Shown here piece after piece: positions 18,101 to 25,542 of a stretch of DNA of 64,000 nt. The translations under genes were made by a program, and so were the position numbers. Position 1 is the stretch's first letter; every line of letters starts with the position of its first letter. Location of the stretch: NCBI GenBank assembly GCA_963664705.1, contig OY761556.1, positions 2,144,001-2,208,000 on the forward strand. Reading direction: 5' to 3'. A model generated the notes under the pieces. It did no database searches and was not told the DNA's origin. It worked only from the letters and a program-made list of their open reading frames with translations. This DNA is from Acidobacteriota bacterium (GTDB lineage: Bacteria > Acidobacteriota > UBA6911).

Positions 18101-19387
18101 ACAGTCTGTGGAATAGGCGATATGTCCGGCGATGTTTTTGGCAATGGCGTGCTCCTGAGCAAAGCCACCCTGCTGGTTGCCGCTTTTAACCACGTCCACA
18201 TTTTCCTCGACCCGAATCCCGATATGGAAAAAAGCTACCGGGAAAGAGAACGCCTGTTCCATCTCCCGCGCTCGACCTGGCGCGACTACGATCTGTCGGT
18301 CATCAGCAAAGGCGGCGGCATTTTCGATCGCTCCGCGCGCGCGATTCCGCTCAGCCCCGAAGTGCAGAAACTGCTCGATATCAAGGCAGACAGCGCCAGC
18401 GGCGAAGAGGTGATTCGCAGAATTCTGACCGCACCGGTGGATCTTCTCTACAACGGAGGCATCGGAACCTATGTGAAGGCTACCGGGGAATCCGACGCCG
18501 ATGTCGGCGACCGGACCAACGATCGCGTTCGCGTGCATGCCTGTGATGTCCGGGCCCGCGTGGTCGGAGAAGGAGGCAATCGAGGCTTCACCCAGCGCAG
18601 CCGCATTGAATATTGGATGCGCGGCGGCCTGATCAATACCGATGCCCTGGACAATTCCGGTGGGGTCGACACTTCGGATCATGAAGTGAATCTCAAAATC
18701 CTTCTGGATATCCTGGTCAAAAAGGGAGTCGTCAAGAGCAAGGATGAACGCAACAGGATCCTGTCGGAAATGTCGGAGGACGTCGCAAACCTGGTTCTGG
18801 CCGATAATCAGAATCAGTCGCGCGCGCTGACGCTGGATGAAATGAGGAGCGCCGCGCAGTACGAGGCTTTTGTGAATCTGGTCGAAGAGCTGAAGGCAGG
18901 TGGCGTCATTGACCGACTCGATCCCCAGATTCCCAGCCGGGAATCCCTGCTGGCCAGCGATCAGAAACAGCGCGGATTGCCGAGGCCCTTCCTGTGCGAT
19001 CTGCTGGGCTATGTCAAAATGTGGGGCTACGAGAAAATCCTGCAAAGTAAATTGCCGGACAGCGAGATCGTGCGACCTTTCCTGGACGCCTATTTCCCGC
19101 CACGGCTGCAGCGGGATTTCAGCGCGTATTTCCCGGAGCACCCCTTGCGCCGGGAGATCATTGCAACCGCCGTGGTCAACTATGTTGTGAATAATGGAGG
19201 GATTTCGCTGTTGCCTCAACTATTTGCTTCGGATCCATCGGACCCAGGAGAAGCCGTGGCGGCGTATCTGCGGGCCGACAGGAAATCGAAGGCGGCCGAG
19301 CGGCGGAAGCGTGTCCTTGCGTCGGGGTTGCCGGCCACAAAGGAGCATGCGGCTCTTCTGGAAATTGAGTCGGGTATTCTCAAGTAG
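15185..19387 (+). CDS. gdhB: Large NAD-specific glutamate dehydrogenase
   Basis: GIHLRGGRVARGGIRWSDR, KNTIIVPVGSKGGF, YLVVAADKGTA, GDAFASGG, GIGDMSGDVFGNG, DNSGGVDTSDHEVN. Confidence 0.93.
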   Translation: MITQDPENRAQVISKIIDLINRTAPEKDRNLVLSFAPVILEEAPDRILFMLPPEILAERLLRHYQFIVHAMPPSIQLFKGPPGIHVSVHNPDEAEAKAMGGGAGLPLETTVVRTHTLDAPFIFESLKNYFSKAGLRVYSAVHPIFSVRRQWERIVWIGPPHEEGTKESYCYFQIEPVDSKERLRRIQHEIFCVLKCVFLAVEDFQAMTSLTRETARRLKGKDGSDEIESARAFTDWLLDENYVFLGVARYAAGQDGHPQRIQDSVTGVFNDPELLPVVFPGLMEEVESHILPSPEDSHIVGMDYSKNASAIYHLDPIDYIVLREFDGQGGFAGANLLLGRFSRGTFVQRADRIPILKQKLQTILKDSGAIEKSHIFRELINTFNRMPMRELFYAPPAALKSILEPIAFMLGDEEIIVRTRKGTGYIVLEIAFSRLRYSYGVEENIRRALSDAFGPVSFHTRADCGAANLLLFYFDTERLDHPIDEKAVHEIVAKRITTWEDRVSAELETSFGEREGRRLFKRYVTFETRSGLYREVTPPEMVPGDLRHLDSLEARLEIRIVPRGTEVAMLHFYAMHELGLTHTLKTLENLGLQVTDEMRIPLQLPEERSCYLYRYEIRGSAERIAALIAGEERFVEAVRRLDEGHATDDSLNGLILSVGLSWREVEALRTVRNHMLQIRSNYNVETVNRVLLNNSSVSNALFRYFEALFDPELPGDREHAVKEADKGVQAALNTVRSLAEDEVLRAMYNLIQSSLRTNFYQIPERPVFSIKIDSRKVENMPLPKPMFEIYVHSNRLEGIHLRGGRVARGGIRWSDRPDDFRTEVLGLMATQMLKNTIIVPVGSKGGFFLKGNVPAPPALDAYLIDRYSEYVSGLLDVTDNIVDGQILHPPEVVRHDSDDPYLVVAADKGTAHLSDTANSMSLQYGFWLGDAFASGGKTGYDHKKIGITARGAWECVKHHFLNLGMDIQKEPFTVCGIGDMSGDVFGNGVLLSKATLLVAAFNHVHIFLDPNPDMEKSYRERERLFHLPRSTWRDYDLSVISKGGGIFDRSARAIPLSPEVQKLLDIKADSASGEEVIRRILTAPVDLLYNGGIGTYVKATGESDADVGDRTNDRVRVHACDVRARVVGEGGNRGFTQRSRIEYWMRGGLINTDALDNSGGVDTSDHEVNLKILLDILVKKGVVKSKDERNRILSEMSEDVANLVLADNQNQSRALTLDEMRSAAQYEAFVNLVEELKAGGVIDRLDPQIPSRESLLASDQKQRGLPRPFLCDLLGYVKMWGYEKILQSKLPDSEIVRPFLDAYFPPRLQRDFSAYFPEHPLRREIIATAVVNYVVNNGGISLLPQLFASDPSDPGEAVAAYLRADRKSKAAERRKRVLASGLPATKEHAALLEIESGILK

Positions 19388-19394
19388 AGCTTTT

Positions 19395-19468
19395 TTCGTG
19401 CTAATTCGTGTAATTCGTGGCAAAAAATGAGCTGTAATTCGGCCACGAATTACACCAATTTGCACGAA
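19395..19468. repeat. REPIN-like inverted doublet of CACGAATT-based units
   Basis: TTCGTGCTAATTCGTGTAATTCGTGGC (19395-19421) and GCCACGAATTACACCAATTTGCACGAA (19442-19468) pair with 2 mismatches in 27. Confidence 0.8.
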
Positions 19469-19483
19469 ATCCCCTGCCATCCT

Positions 19484-20185
19484 CAGGTTTATAAAGGAAA
19501 TTCCCATAACCGCGAAGACCGCGAAGACCGCAAAGAAAATATTTTTGTAGGCTTTGCGCCTATCGTTCTCGCCAGATCATACGCTGAATTCCATCCTTGA
19601 TGCGTGGGACCTTCCAGTTAATCAGGAAGCCAATGGAACGTCCACTCAGCTTGAGATATGTAAGCAACTGGGCTCGGTGGACGGGATGGATCACATCGAC
19701 AGTTTTGTTTTCGACGAGTATGCAATCATCTACCAAGAGATCGGCCCTATATCCACAATCGAGCGCGATCTCCTTGTAGTGGATAGGAATAGGATATTCC
19801 GCGTAAACATCGAGCCCGCGAATACCAAGTTCATGCATTAGGCACCGCCGATAAACGGACTCCAGCAATCCAGGCCCAAGCGCTGTATGGATTTCGACCG
19901 CTGAATCGACAATATGATGCGCAACTTTTTCCCTATCCATCACACTATCTAATGGTCCGACAGGAAAATGAGCCAAAAAAATATTCTTTGCGTTCTTCCC
20001 CAGGTTTATAAAGGAAATTCCCATAACCGCGAAGACCGCAAAGAAAATATTTTTGTAGGCTTTGCGCCTATCGTTCTCGCCAGATCATACGCTGAATTCC
20101 ATCCTTGATGCGTGGGACCTTCCAGTTAATCAGGAAGCCAAATGAGTCAAAAAAAATCTTTGCGGTCTTCGAGGTCTTCGCGGTT
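19484..20185. mobile_element. GxxExxY cassette with terminal inverted 9-mer arrays plus a tandem internally deleted copy
   Basis: Left array AACC(GCGAAGACC)2GCAAAGAA at 19508-19537; right array TCTTTGCGGTCTTCGAGGTCTTCGCGGTT at 20157-20185. Region 19484-19633 is repeated at 20001-20141, missing one 9-mer. Confidence 0.75.
19560..19940 (-). CDS. GxxExxY protein (PD-(D/E)XK nuclease-like)
   Basis: MDREKVAHHIVDSAVEIHTALGPGLLESVY (GxxExxY), RADLLV...LVENK catalytic-type motif, AQLLTYLK, GFLINW. The likely start is ATG 19940; the ORF-track extension runs through repeat DNA. Confidence 0.92.
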   Translation of the reverse strand: MDREKVAHHIVDSAVEIHTALGPGLLESVYRRCLMHELGIRGLDVYAEYPIPIHYKEIALDCGYRADLLVDDCILVENKTVDVIHPVHRAQLLTYLKLSGRSIGFLINWKVPRIKDGIQRMIWRER

Positions 20186-20242
20186 CAAAACAAAAAATGA
20201 ATCAACACCATTTATTTGTGGAGCCTGCTTCTCCGCCACGAA

Positions 20243-20896
20243 TTACACCAATTTGCACGAAATACCCTGCATCTCCAGATTTTCCAGGAATTCCGTTAGC
20301 GAACAAAAGGTGAAGTCTGGTTGAGCCTCCGCCAGACGGCGACTGGCCGGGTACAAACTCGGAATTGCGACCGTAAGGACATTGGCTCGTCTTCCCATTA
20401 TCATGTCATCCGGGCAGTCCCCGACATAGCAGCAATCCTCGGGCTTTTTCTGTAATCGATCCAGCGCCAATTCCAGTCCTTCCGGGTGCGGCTTCTTGTT
20501 CACCACATCTTCATTGCAGACAACAATCCTGAAAACATCCCTAAGCCCCAGCGCCCCGATTTCCCGTTCGACCCGAGAGCGTGTTCCGCTGGTGACAATT
20601 CCGAGAACATATTTCCTGTTTATCAGCGTATCGAGCGTCGCACATCCGTCAGCCAGCAATCTTGGAGTTTCGTCGGCATAGTGTCGCAGCCAGCGTTCAT
20701 CGGCCTCATCCCATCGCGGTCGCGGCAATTGGAGCTGCTCATACATGAGGTACCAGTTGGGGGAGTAGATCCGGTTGTAGGTCTCGAAATCGAGGGGAAG
20801 CCCCATGTCGGCAAATGATTTCTGGAATGCATTGAAGGCCTGCTGGGCCGTATCGATCAGCGTTCCATCCCAATCAAACAGAACCGTATTGATCAT
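20243..20896 (-). CDS. HAD-family hydrolase (Gph/PpaX-like)
   Basis: FDWDGTL, IVTSG, KKPHPEG, YVGD motifs. Confidence 0.9.
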   Translation of the reverse strand: MINTVLFDWDGTLIDTAQQAFNAFQKSFADMGLPLDFETYNRIYSPNWYLMYEQLQLPRPRWDEADERWLRHYADETPRLLADGCATLDTLINRKYVLGIVTSGTRSRVEREIGALGLRDVFRIVVCNEDVVNKKPHPEGLELALDRLQKKPEDCCYVGDCPDDMIMGRRANVLTVAIPSLYPASRRLAEAQPDFTFCSLTEFLENLEMQGISCKLV

Positions 20897-21036
20897 AATA
20901 TCTCACCACCGGCCTTCCCCGTGACATCCGCGCGCCGTCTATTATAGGACATGGCGGGTCAAATTCCCGTAATTCGTGGTGTTTTCTGCTTTTTTCTTTA
21001 TAATGGCGCCATAACCTACATCTCGGACGACACTAT

Positions 21037-22434
21037 ATGGCGGAAAAGCAATTTGGTAGAGATTTGACTGTAGGTAGTATCCCGAAACATCTTCTGAATT
21101 TCTCAATCCCGATGCTCGTGGGGAATATGCTCCAGAGCGGGTACAGCATCATCAACATGATCTGGGTCGGCAATATCGTGGGCGAACGCGGCCTGGGCGC
21201 CACCGCAGTCAGCTTTCCCATCATGTTTATCCTGATCGGCATTGCCGCGGGAGTGTCGATGGCCACGGCGGTGCTGGTGGCGCAATATTATGGCGCGAAA
21301 AATTATGAACGGATGCGCCTGGTCATCGATAATTCTCTCTATATTCAGATCGCGCTCAGCGTGGTTCTTATCAGCACGGGAATTATCTGTACCAATTCCC
21401 TGCTGCGGATGATGGACACGCCGGCGGAGATATTCGACCTGTCTTCGAGTTATCTGAGGATTTCGCTGTCAGGCATTATTTTTCTCTATCTGACTTTTAC
21501 CATCAGCTCAATTCTGCGCGGCGTTGGCGACACGATAACGCCCCTGCTGTTCATGGGAATCGGCGTGGTACTCAACGCGATCCTCGATCCATTTATGATC
21601 GTGGGCATCTGGCCTTTCCCCAAAATGGGGCTGAACGGAGCGGCTATTGCGTCGATCATTTCCCAGGGGATAAGCCTGATCATCGCGCTGGTTTATCTGA
21701 ATCGCAAAAATCATCTTGTCGCCATCAACCTGCACAAGTTTCGCTTCGACTGGCATATCACGTGCCTGATTGCCAACATCGGATTCCCCTCCACGATTCA
21801 GCAATGCCTTGTTTCCGTAGGCTCCGCATTCGTCACCAAGTATGTCAATTTCTTCGGCCCCACTGCCATCGCCGCCTTTGGAGCCTCTTCGCGCATCGAC
21901 ATGGTGGCTACGATGCCGGCGATCGCCATCGGCATGGCAGCCACGGCGCTGACCGGGCAGAACCTCGGAGCCAAAAAGCCGGAACGTGTCAAAGAGATCT
22001 TCAAGTGGGCGCTGCTGCTGGGAACGGGGATATCCGGCGTTGTGGCGCTGTTCGCCCTGTCCTTTCCACGGCTTATCCTTTCGATGTTCATCCACCATGA
22101 TCCGGTTCTCGACATTGGGGTTCAGTACCTTCACATCGTTGCGCCCTGCTATTTTCTTTTTGCGCTGACCTTTGTTTCCGCCGGGATCGCCAATGGAGCC
22201 GGGCAGACGATGATTCCCATGATCATGACGCTGGTTTCGCTCTGGGCAGTTCGAGTGCCGCTGGCGTGGTATATGTCCCAGCATACGTGGCTGAAGGCCA
22301 CGGGGATCTGGATTGCGATGGCGGCAGGGTTTTTTGTTACCGCGATTATCAACTTCCTGTATTACCTGTCGGGCCGGTGGAAGAAATCGACGGCGAAGAT
22401 TCAGATGCCGCAGGCTGCAGCTGCGGAGCTTTAG
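21037..22434 (+). CDS. MATE family efflux transporter
   Basis: DLTVGSI start, about 12 transmembrane helices, LRGVGDTITP, LNAILDP, GLNGAAIAS, GQNLGAKK. Confidence 0.93.
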   Translation: MAEKQFGRDLTVGSIPKHLLNFSIPMLVGNMLQSGYSIINMIWVGNIVGERGLGATAVSFPIMFILIGIAAGVSMATAVLVAQYYGAKNYERMRLVIDNSLYIQIALSVVLISTGIICTNSLLRMMDTPAEIFDLSSSYLRISLSGIIFLYLTFTISSILRGVGDTITPLLFMGIGVVLNAILDPFMIVGIWPFPKMGLNGAAIASIISQGISLIIALVYLNRKNHLVAINLHKFRFDWHITCLIANIGFPSTIQQCLVSVGSAFVTKYVNFFGPTAIAAFGASSRIDMVATMPAIAIGMAATALTGQNLGAKKPERVKEIFKWALLLGTGISGVVALFALSFPRLILSMFIHHDPVLDIGVQYLHIVAPCYFLFALTFVSAGIANGAGQTMIPMIMTLVSLWAVRVPLAWYMSQHTWLKATGIWIAMAAGFFVTAIINFLYYLSGRWKKSTAKIQMPQAAAAEL

Positions 22435-23217
22435 TTCGCAGCGCTTTTGCGTTTCACAAACAGGGGAATGACCAGCAGCAGCACGGCAAGGGCAATAAAC
22501 TGAGAGGTGGACAGCAATCCGCCGAGCAGGAAGCCTCGGTCCGCATCTCCGCGGACGAATTCGAGCAGAAACCGGGCCACTGCATAAAGCCCTGAATACA
22601 GAAGGATGATCTGGCCGTCAAAACGCTTCCGGCGTGTCATCCATACCAGGAAGAAAAATATAGCCAGGCAAATCAGGGATTCGTATAGCTGAACCGGATG
22701 CAGGGGGACTCCCAGTGGCGCTCCGCCGATTTCGGCCGCGTCCGGATGCGTGAAGGTCACAGCCCAGGGAAGATGGGTCGGGCTGCCGTAATCGTCTCCT
22801 GCCATGAAGCATCCAATGCGCCCGATGGCTTGCCCCAACGCAATTGCGGGACCGCACAGATCTGCCATTTGCCAGCGCGGGATATCGCGGTGACGCAAAA
22901 AAAAACACCATGGCGAAGGCCAATGCGCCGATAAATCCACCATAAAAGTCTCCGGCACTTTGAATGGTTGCCAGGGACCAGAAGTCCGAGGGATTTTCGA
23001 GGTATTGCGGCAGCGACCGCACGACCATCAAGGCTTTGGCACCAAGGATGGCGCCGATGATAGTCCAGGTTCCCAGGCCGATCGCGCGCTCGGGATTCAA
23101 TCCCTCACGCTTTACACCGCGCATGAGCCACCAGAGGGCGGCCAGGTAGGCGGCGGCCAGCAGCACTCCAAATGTATGGAGGACGAAATACGGAGTTGTA
23201 AATACGCGCGGAAACAT
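22431..23217 (-). pseudogene. lgt: Prolipoprotein diacylglyceryl transferase, frameshifted at a T9 tract
   Basis: The 5' frame has FYGGFIG. The 3' frame has GQAIGRIGCF, HPVQLYE and RFLLEFVRGD. The two frames join if the minus-strand T9 (A9 at 22897-22905) is T8. Confidence 0.85.
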
Positions 23218-23255
23218 AGGGAAAAGACTATAGCCGCTCTATCACGGCCATTCAA

Positions 23256-23308
23256 CAGTCATTCGCGAGTCAGTCATTCGCGAGTCATTCATCAACAAAC
23301 CGAATGAC
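23256..23308. repeat. 15-bp tandem repeat plus a short inverted copy in a divergent intergenic region
   Basis: CAGTCATTCGCGAGT x2 (23256-23285), a partial third copy, and CGAATGAC at 23301-23308. Confidence 0.55.
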
Positions 23309-23376
23309 ACTGCGGAGATATCGACCTAATATGATGCCTGAACGCGGCAGGTTTTCTGAAGGGATGTGTTATACGC

Positions 23377-23937
23377 ATGAACGATGACATCGTATTTGTC
23401 GATTATTACGACGTGCTGCAGGTCAGTCCGACCGCGGATGAGGACACGATTCGGCGCATATTCCGTCACCTGGCAAAGAAATGTCACCCGGACCTGCCGA
23501 CCGGGGGCAATCCGGAGCTGTTTCGGAACCTGGTAAAGGCTCATGATGTCCTGAGCGACCCGGAAAAGAGGACGGCTTATGATGTCAAGCATCAGGAATA
23601 TTGGGATCGCAAATGGCAGATCCTGGGTCGGGCCACGAATGGATCCATCCCTGAAAACAACAAGCAGGTCCGCGAACGCATTCTGACCGTGCTGTACGTG
23701 CAGCGCAGAAGCAATTCGCAGAATCCCGGATTGGGCGAGATCGAGTTATCGCGCATGCTTCGGACGCCCATCGAGTTCATGGAATTCGACTTGTGGTATC
23801 TGCTCAGAAAAGGCCTTGTGGAAAGGTTGGAAACAGGACATATGGCCATTTCCGTGGAAGGCGTCGACTATGTTGAAGCCCACACGCTGCAGGTTAATGA
23901 AGACCACCTCCTGTCCTCTCACATTACAGAGGCCTGA
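23377..23937 (+). CDS. DnaJ-domain protein with C-terminal winged-helix-like domain
   Basis: DYYDVLQV...HPD...AHDVLSDPEKRTAYD J-domain; C-terminus ELSRML...FDLWYLLRKGLVE...ISVEGVDY. Confidence 0.88.
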   Translation: MNDDIVFVDYYDVLQVSPTADEDTIRRIFRHLAKKCHPDLPTGGNPELFRNLVKAHDVLSDPEKRTAYDVKHQEYWDRKWQILGRATNGSIPENNKQVRERILTVLYVQRRSNSQNPGLGEIELSRMLRTPIEFMEFDLWYLLRKGLVERLETGHMAISVEGVDYVEAHTLQVNEDHLLSSHITEA

Positions 23938-23994
23938 CCTGCGTTTCTTCTTCATTCAATTCGAACGATATCTCTGCTAGAATCGCCCGCTTGC

Positions 23995-24696
23995 ATGCGA
24001 GTCCTAATCTGCGCGCCTGCTTACAACGAGCAGGGAAAAATCGGCCGTGTCGTCAAAAAGATCCCGCCCGGTATCTGCGATGGGATCGTGGTTGTCAACG
24101 ACTGCTCGACCGACGGCACCGCCGACGAAGCGCAGTCCGCGGGAGCCGTTGTTCTCTCACACAAGATAAATCAGGGTGTCGGCGCCGCAATTCGCAGCGG
24201 AATTGATTACGCGATCAAAAACAATTACGACGTGGTGGTGATTGTTTCAGGAGACGACCAACACGATCCGGCCGATCTGCCGGGATTGCTGGAACCGATT
24301 CGAAGCGGCAGCCATGATTTTGTTCAGGGATCGCGACGCCTTACGGGTCTCCGGGCCCCCAACATCAATATGTTCCGGCGCACAACCACCTGGTGCTATA
24401 CCGCGCTCTTTCGAATCCTGACCGGCTTCCCGTGCACCGATGCAACAAACGGTGGAAGAGCATTCCGCACGCGAATATTCGGGAACAAGCAGATCAATTT
24501 GTGGCAGGATTGGCTGAATACCTACGAATTGGAACCGTACCTGTTATATAAAGCGATACGGTGCGGGGTCCGGGTGACGGAAGCTCCAATGAAGGTGATT
24601 TATCACGAAAAGGGCACGACGAAAATGCGGCCGTTCCGCGACTGGTGGCGCCTGTTTCGCCCGCTTGTCTTCCTGGCCCTTGGCCTGCGCCGGTAG
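23995..24696 (+). CDS. GT2 glycosyltransferase (polyprenol-phosphate sugar synthase-like)
   Basis: APAYNE, VVNDCSTDGT, NQGVGAA, GDDQHDP, QGSR, DATNGGRAF. Confidence 0.9.
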   Translation: MRVLICAPAYNEQGKIGRVVKKIPPGICDGIVVVNDCSTDGTADEAQSAGAVVLSHKINQGVGAAIRSGIDYAIKNNYDVVVIVSGDDQHDPADLPGLLEPIRSGSHDFVQGSRRLTGLRAPNINMFRRTTTWCYTALFRILTGFPCTDATNGGRAFRTRIFGNKQINLWQDWLNTYELEPYLLYKAIRCGVRVTEAPMKVIYHEKGTTKMRPFRDWWRLFRPLVFLALGLRR

Positions 24697-24704
24697 CCGT
24701 GCTT

Positions 24705-25479
24705 GCCGGGAGCGCCGCCGTCCCGGCGGCAACGGTTTGAAATGGATGCAACTTTGCTCTTGCCGGAGAGACGCCTCATACGCATTGTTCTAAGCTCTAC
24801 GACGCGAGTGAAGCAACAGGCCTGAAGGGCCGAAAGATCGTAGCCGGGGGTGAAGCGAAGCGAACCCCCGGTAGAGATAAGCGTGAGAACGAGCCCTGGC
24901 AGGGCGACAGAAACGGTGAACCCCGCTCCGATGTTCAACTTTAGGCTATGTGGAGGAACGGAAATATCTTTCGCCCCCTGCCGGGGCTCCTTTAGATTTC
25001 ATGCTATCCGGGGGTTCGCTTCGCTTCACCCCCGGCTACTTTCTGACCGCCCCGCTGGGGCTGAGATGCATCGCGCCGCCAGATCCCTCGGGCAAATAAT
25101 AGGCAGCATTAGCCGTCCCGGCGGCAACGGTTGAAATGGAGGCAACTTTGCTCTTGCCGAAGAGACGCCTAATACGCATTGTTCTAAGCCCTGCGACGCG
25201 AGTGAAGCAACAGGCCCGGAGGGCCGAAAGAAAGTAGCCAGGGGTGAGCGAAGCGAACCCCTGGTAGAGATAAGCGCGGGAAAGAGCCCTGAAGGGGCGA
25301 AAGATCGGGCATTCTGCCGCCCCTTCAGGGCTTGTTATGGATCTAATCCAATCCGGGGGTTCGCTACGCTTCACCCCCGGCTACTTTCTGATCGCCCCTC
25401 CGGGGCTGATATGCATCGCGCTTCCATGTTCTCTGGGCAATTATTGGGCAGCATTCAGCGAGATACCGGCGCTCCCGGC
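24705..25479. repeat. Tandem pair of GTAG-type REP doublets (MITE/REPIN-like, 395-bp period) inside a 13-bp inverted repeat
   Basis: Units start at 24717 and 25112. Each has GTAGCCRGGGGTGA(A)GCGAAGCGAACCCCYGG and an inverted partner (24840-24871/25008-25039, perfect 32 bp; 25234-25264/25353-25384). Outer GCCGGGAGCGCCG pair at 24705-24717/25467-25479. Confidence 0.85.
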
Positions 25480-25542
25480 CCTCATTCTGGGCCAGGGCCC
25501 CTGAAAAAACGATTGTTATCACAATAATGGAATGGAGGACGC

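Noticed and set aside
13086-19219. Long antisense ORFs (575, 475 and 685 aa; also 57232-59226)
   Set aside because: Shadow ORFs opposite well-supported GC-rich genes, with no motifs.
3700-19387. GarA/OdhI-like control of GDH and E1 by the FHA protein
   Set aside because: The FHA domain is fused to a cyclase, lies more than 8 kb away in another operon, and the E1 is not KGD-type; the proximity is probably coincidental.
19484-20141. Diversity-generating retroelement TR/VR pair
   Set aside because: The copies are identical apart from one 9-mer, with no adenine-specific mismatches and no reverse transcriptase in the window.
19484-20270. CRISPR array
   Set aside because: The repeats are a segmental duplication and short tandem units, without regular unique spacers or cas genes.
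24717-25455. Protein-coding genes (MKRSEPP... ORFs) or CRISPR
   Set aside because: The ORFs are translations of palindromic repeat DNA; there are only two long units and no spacer pattern.
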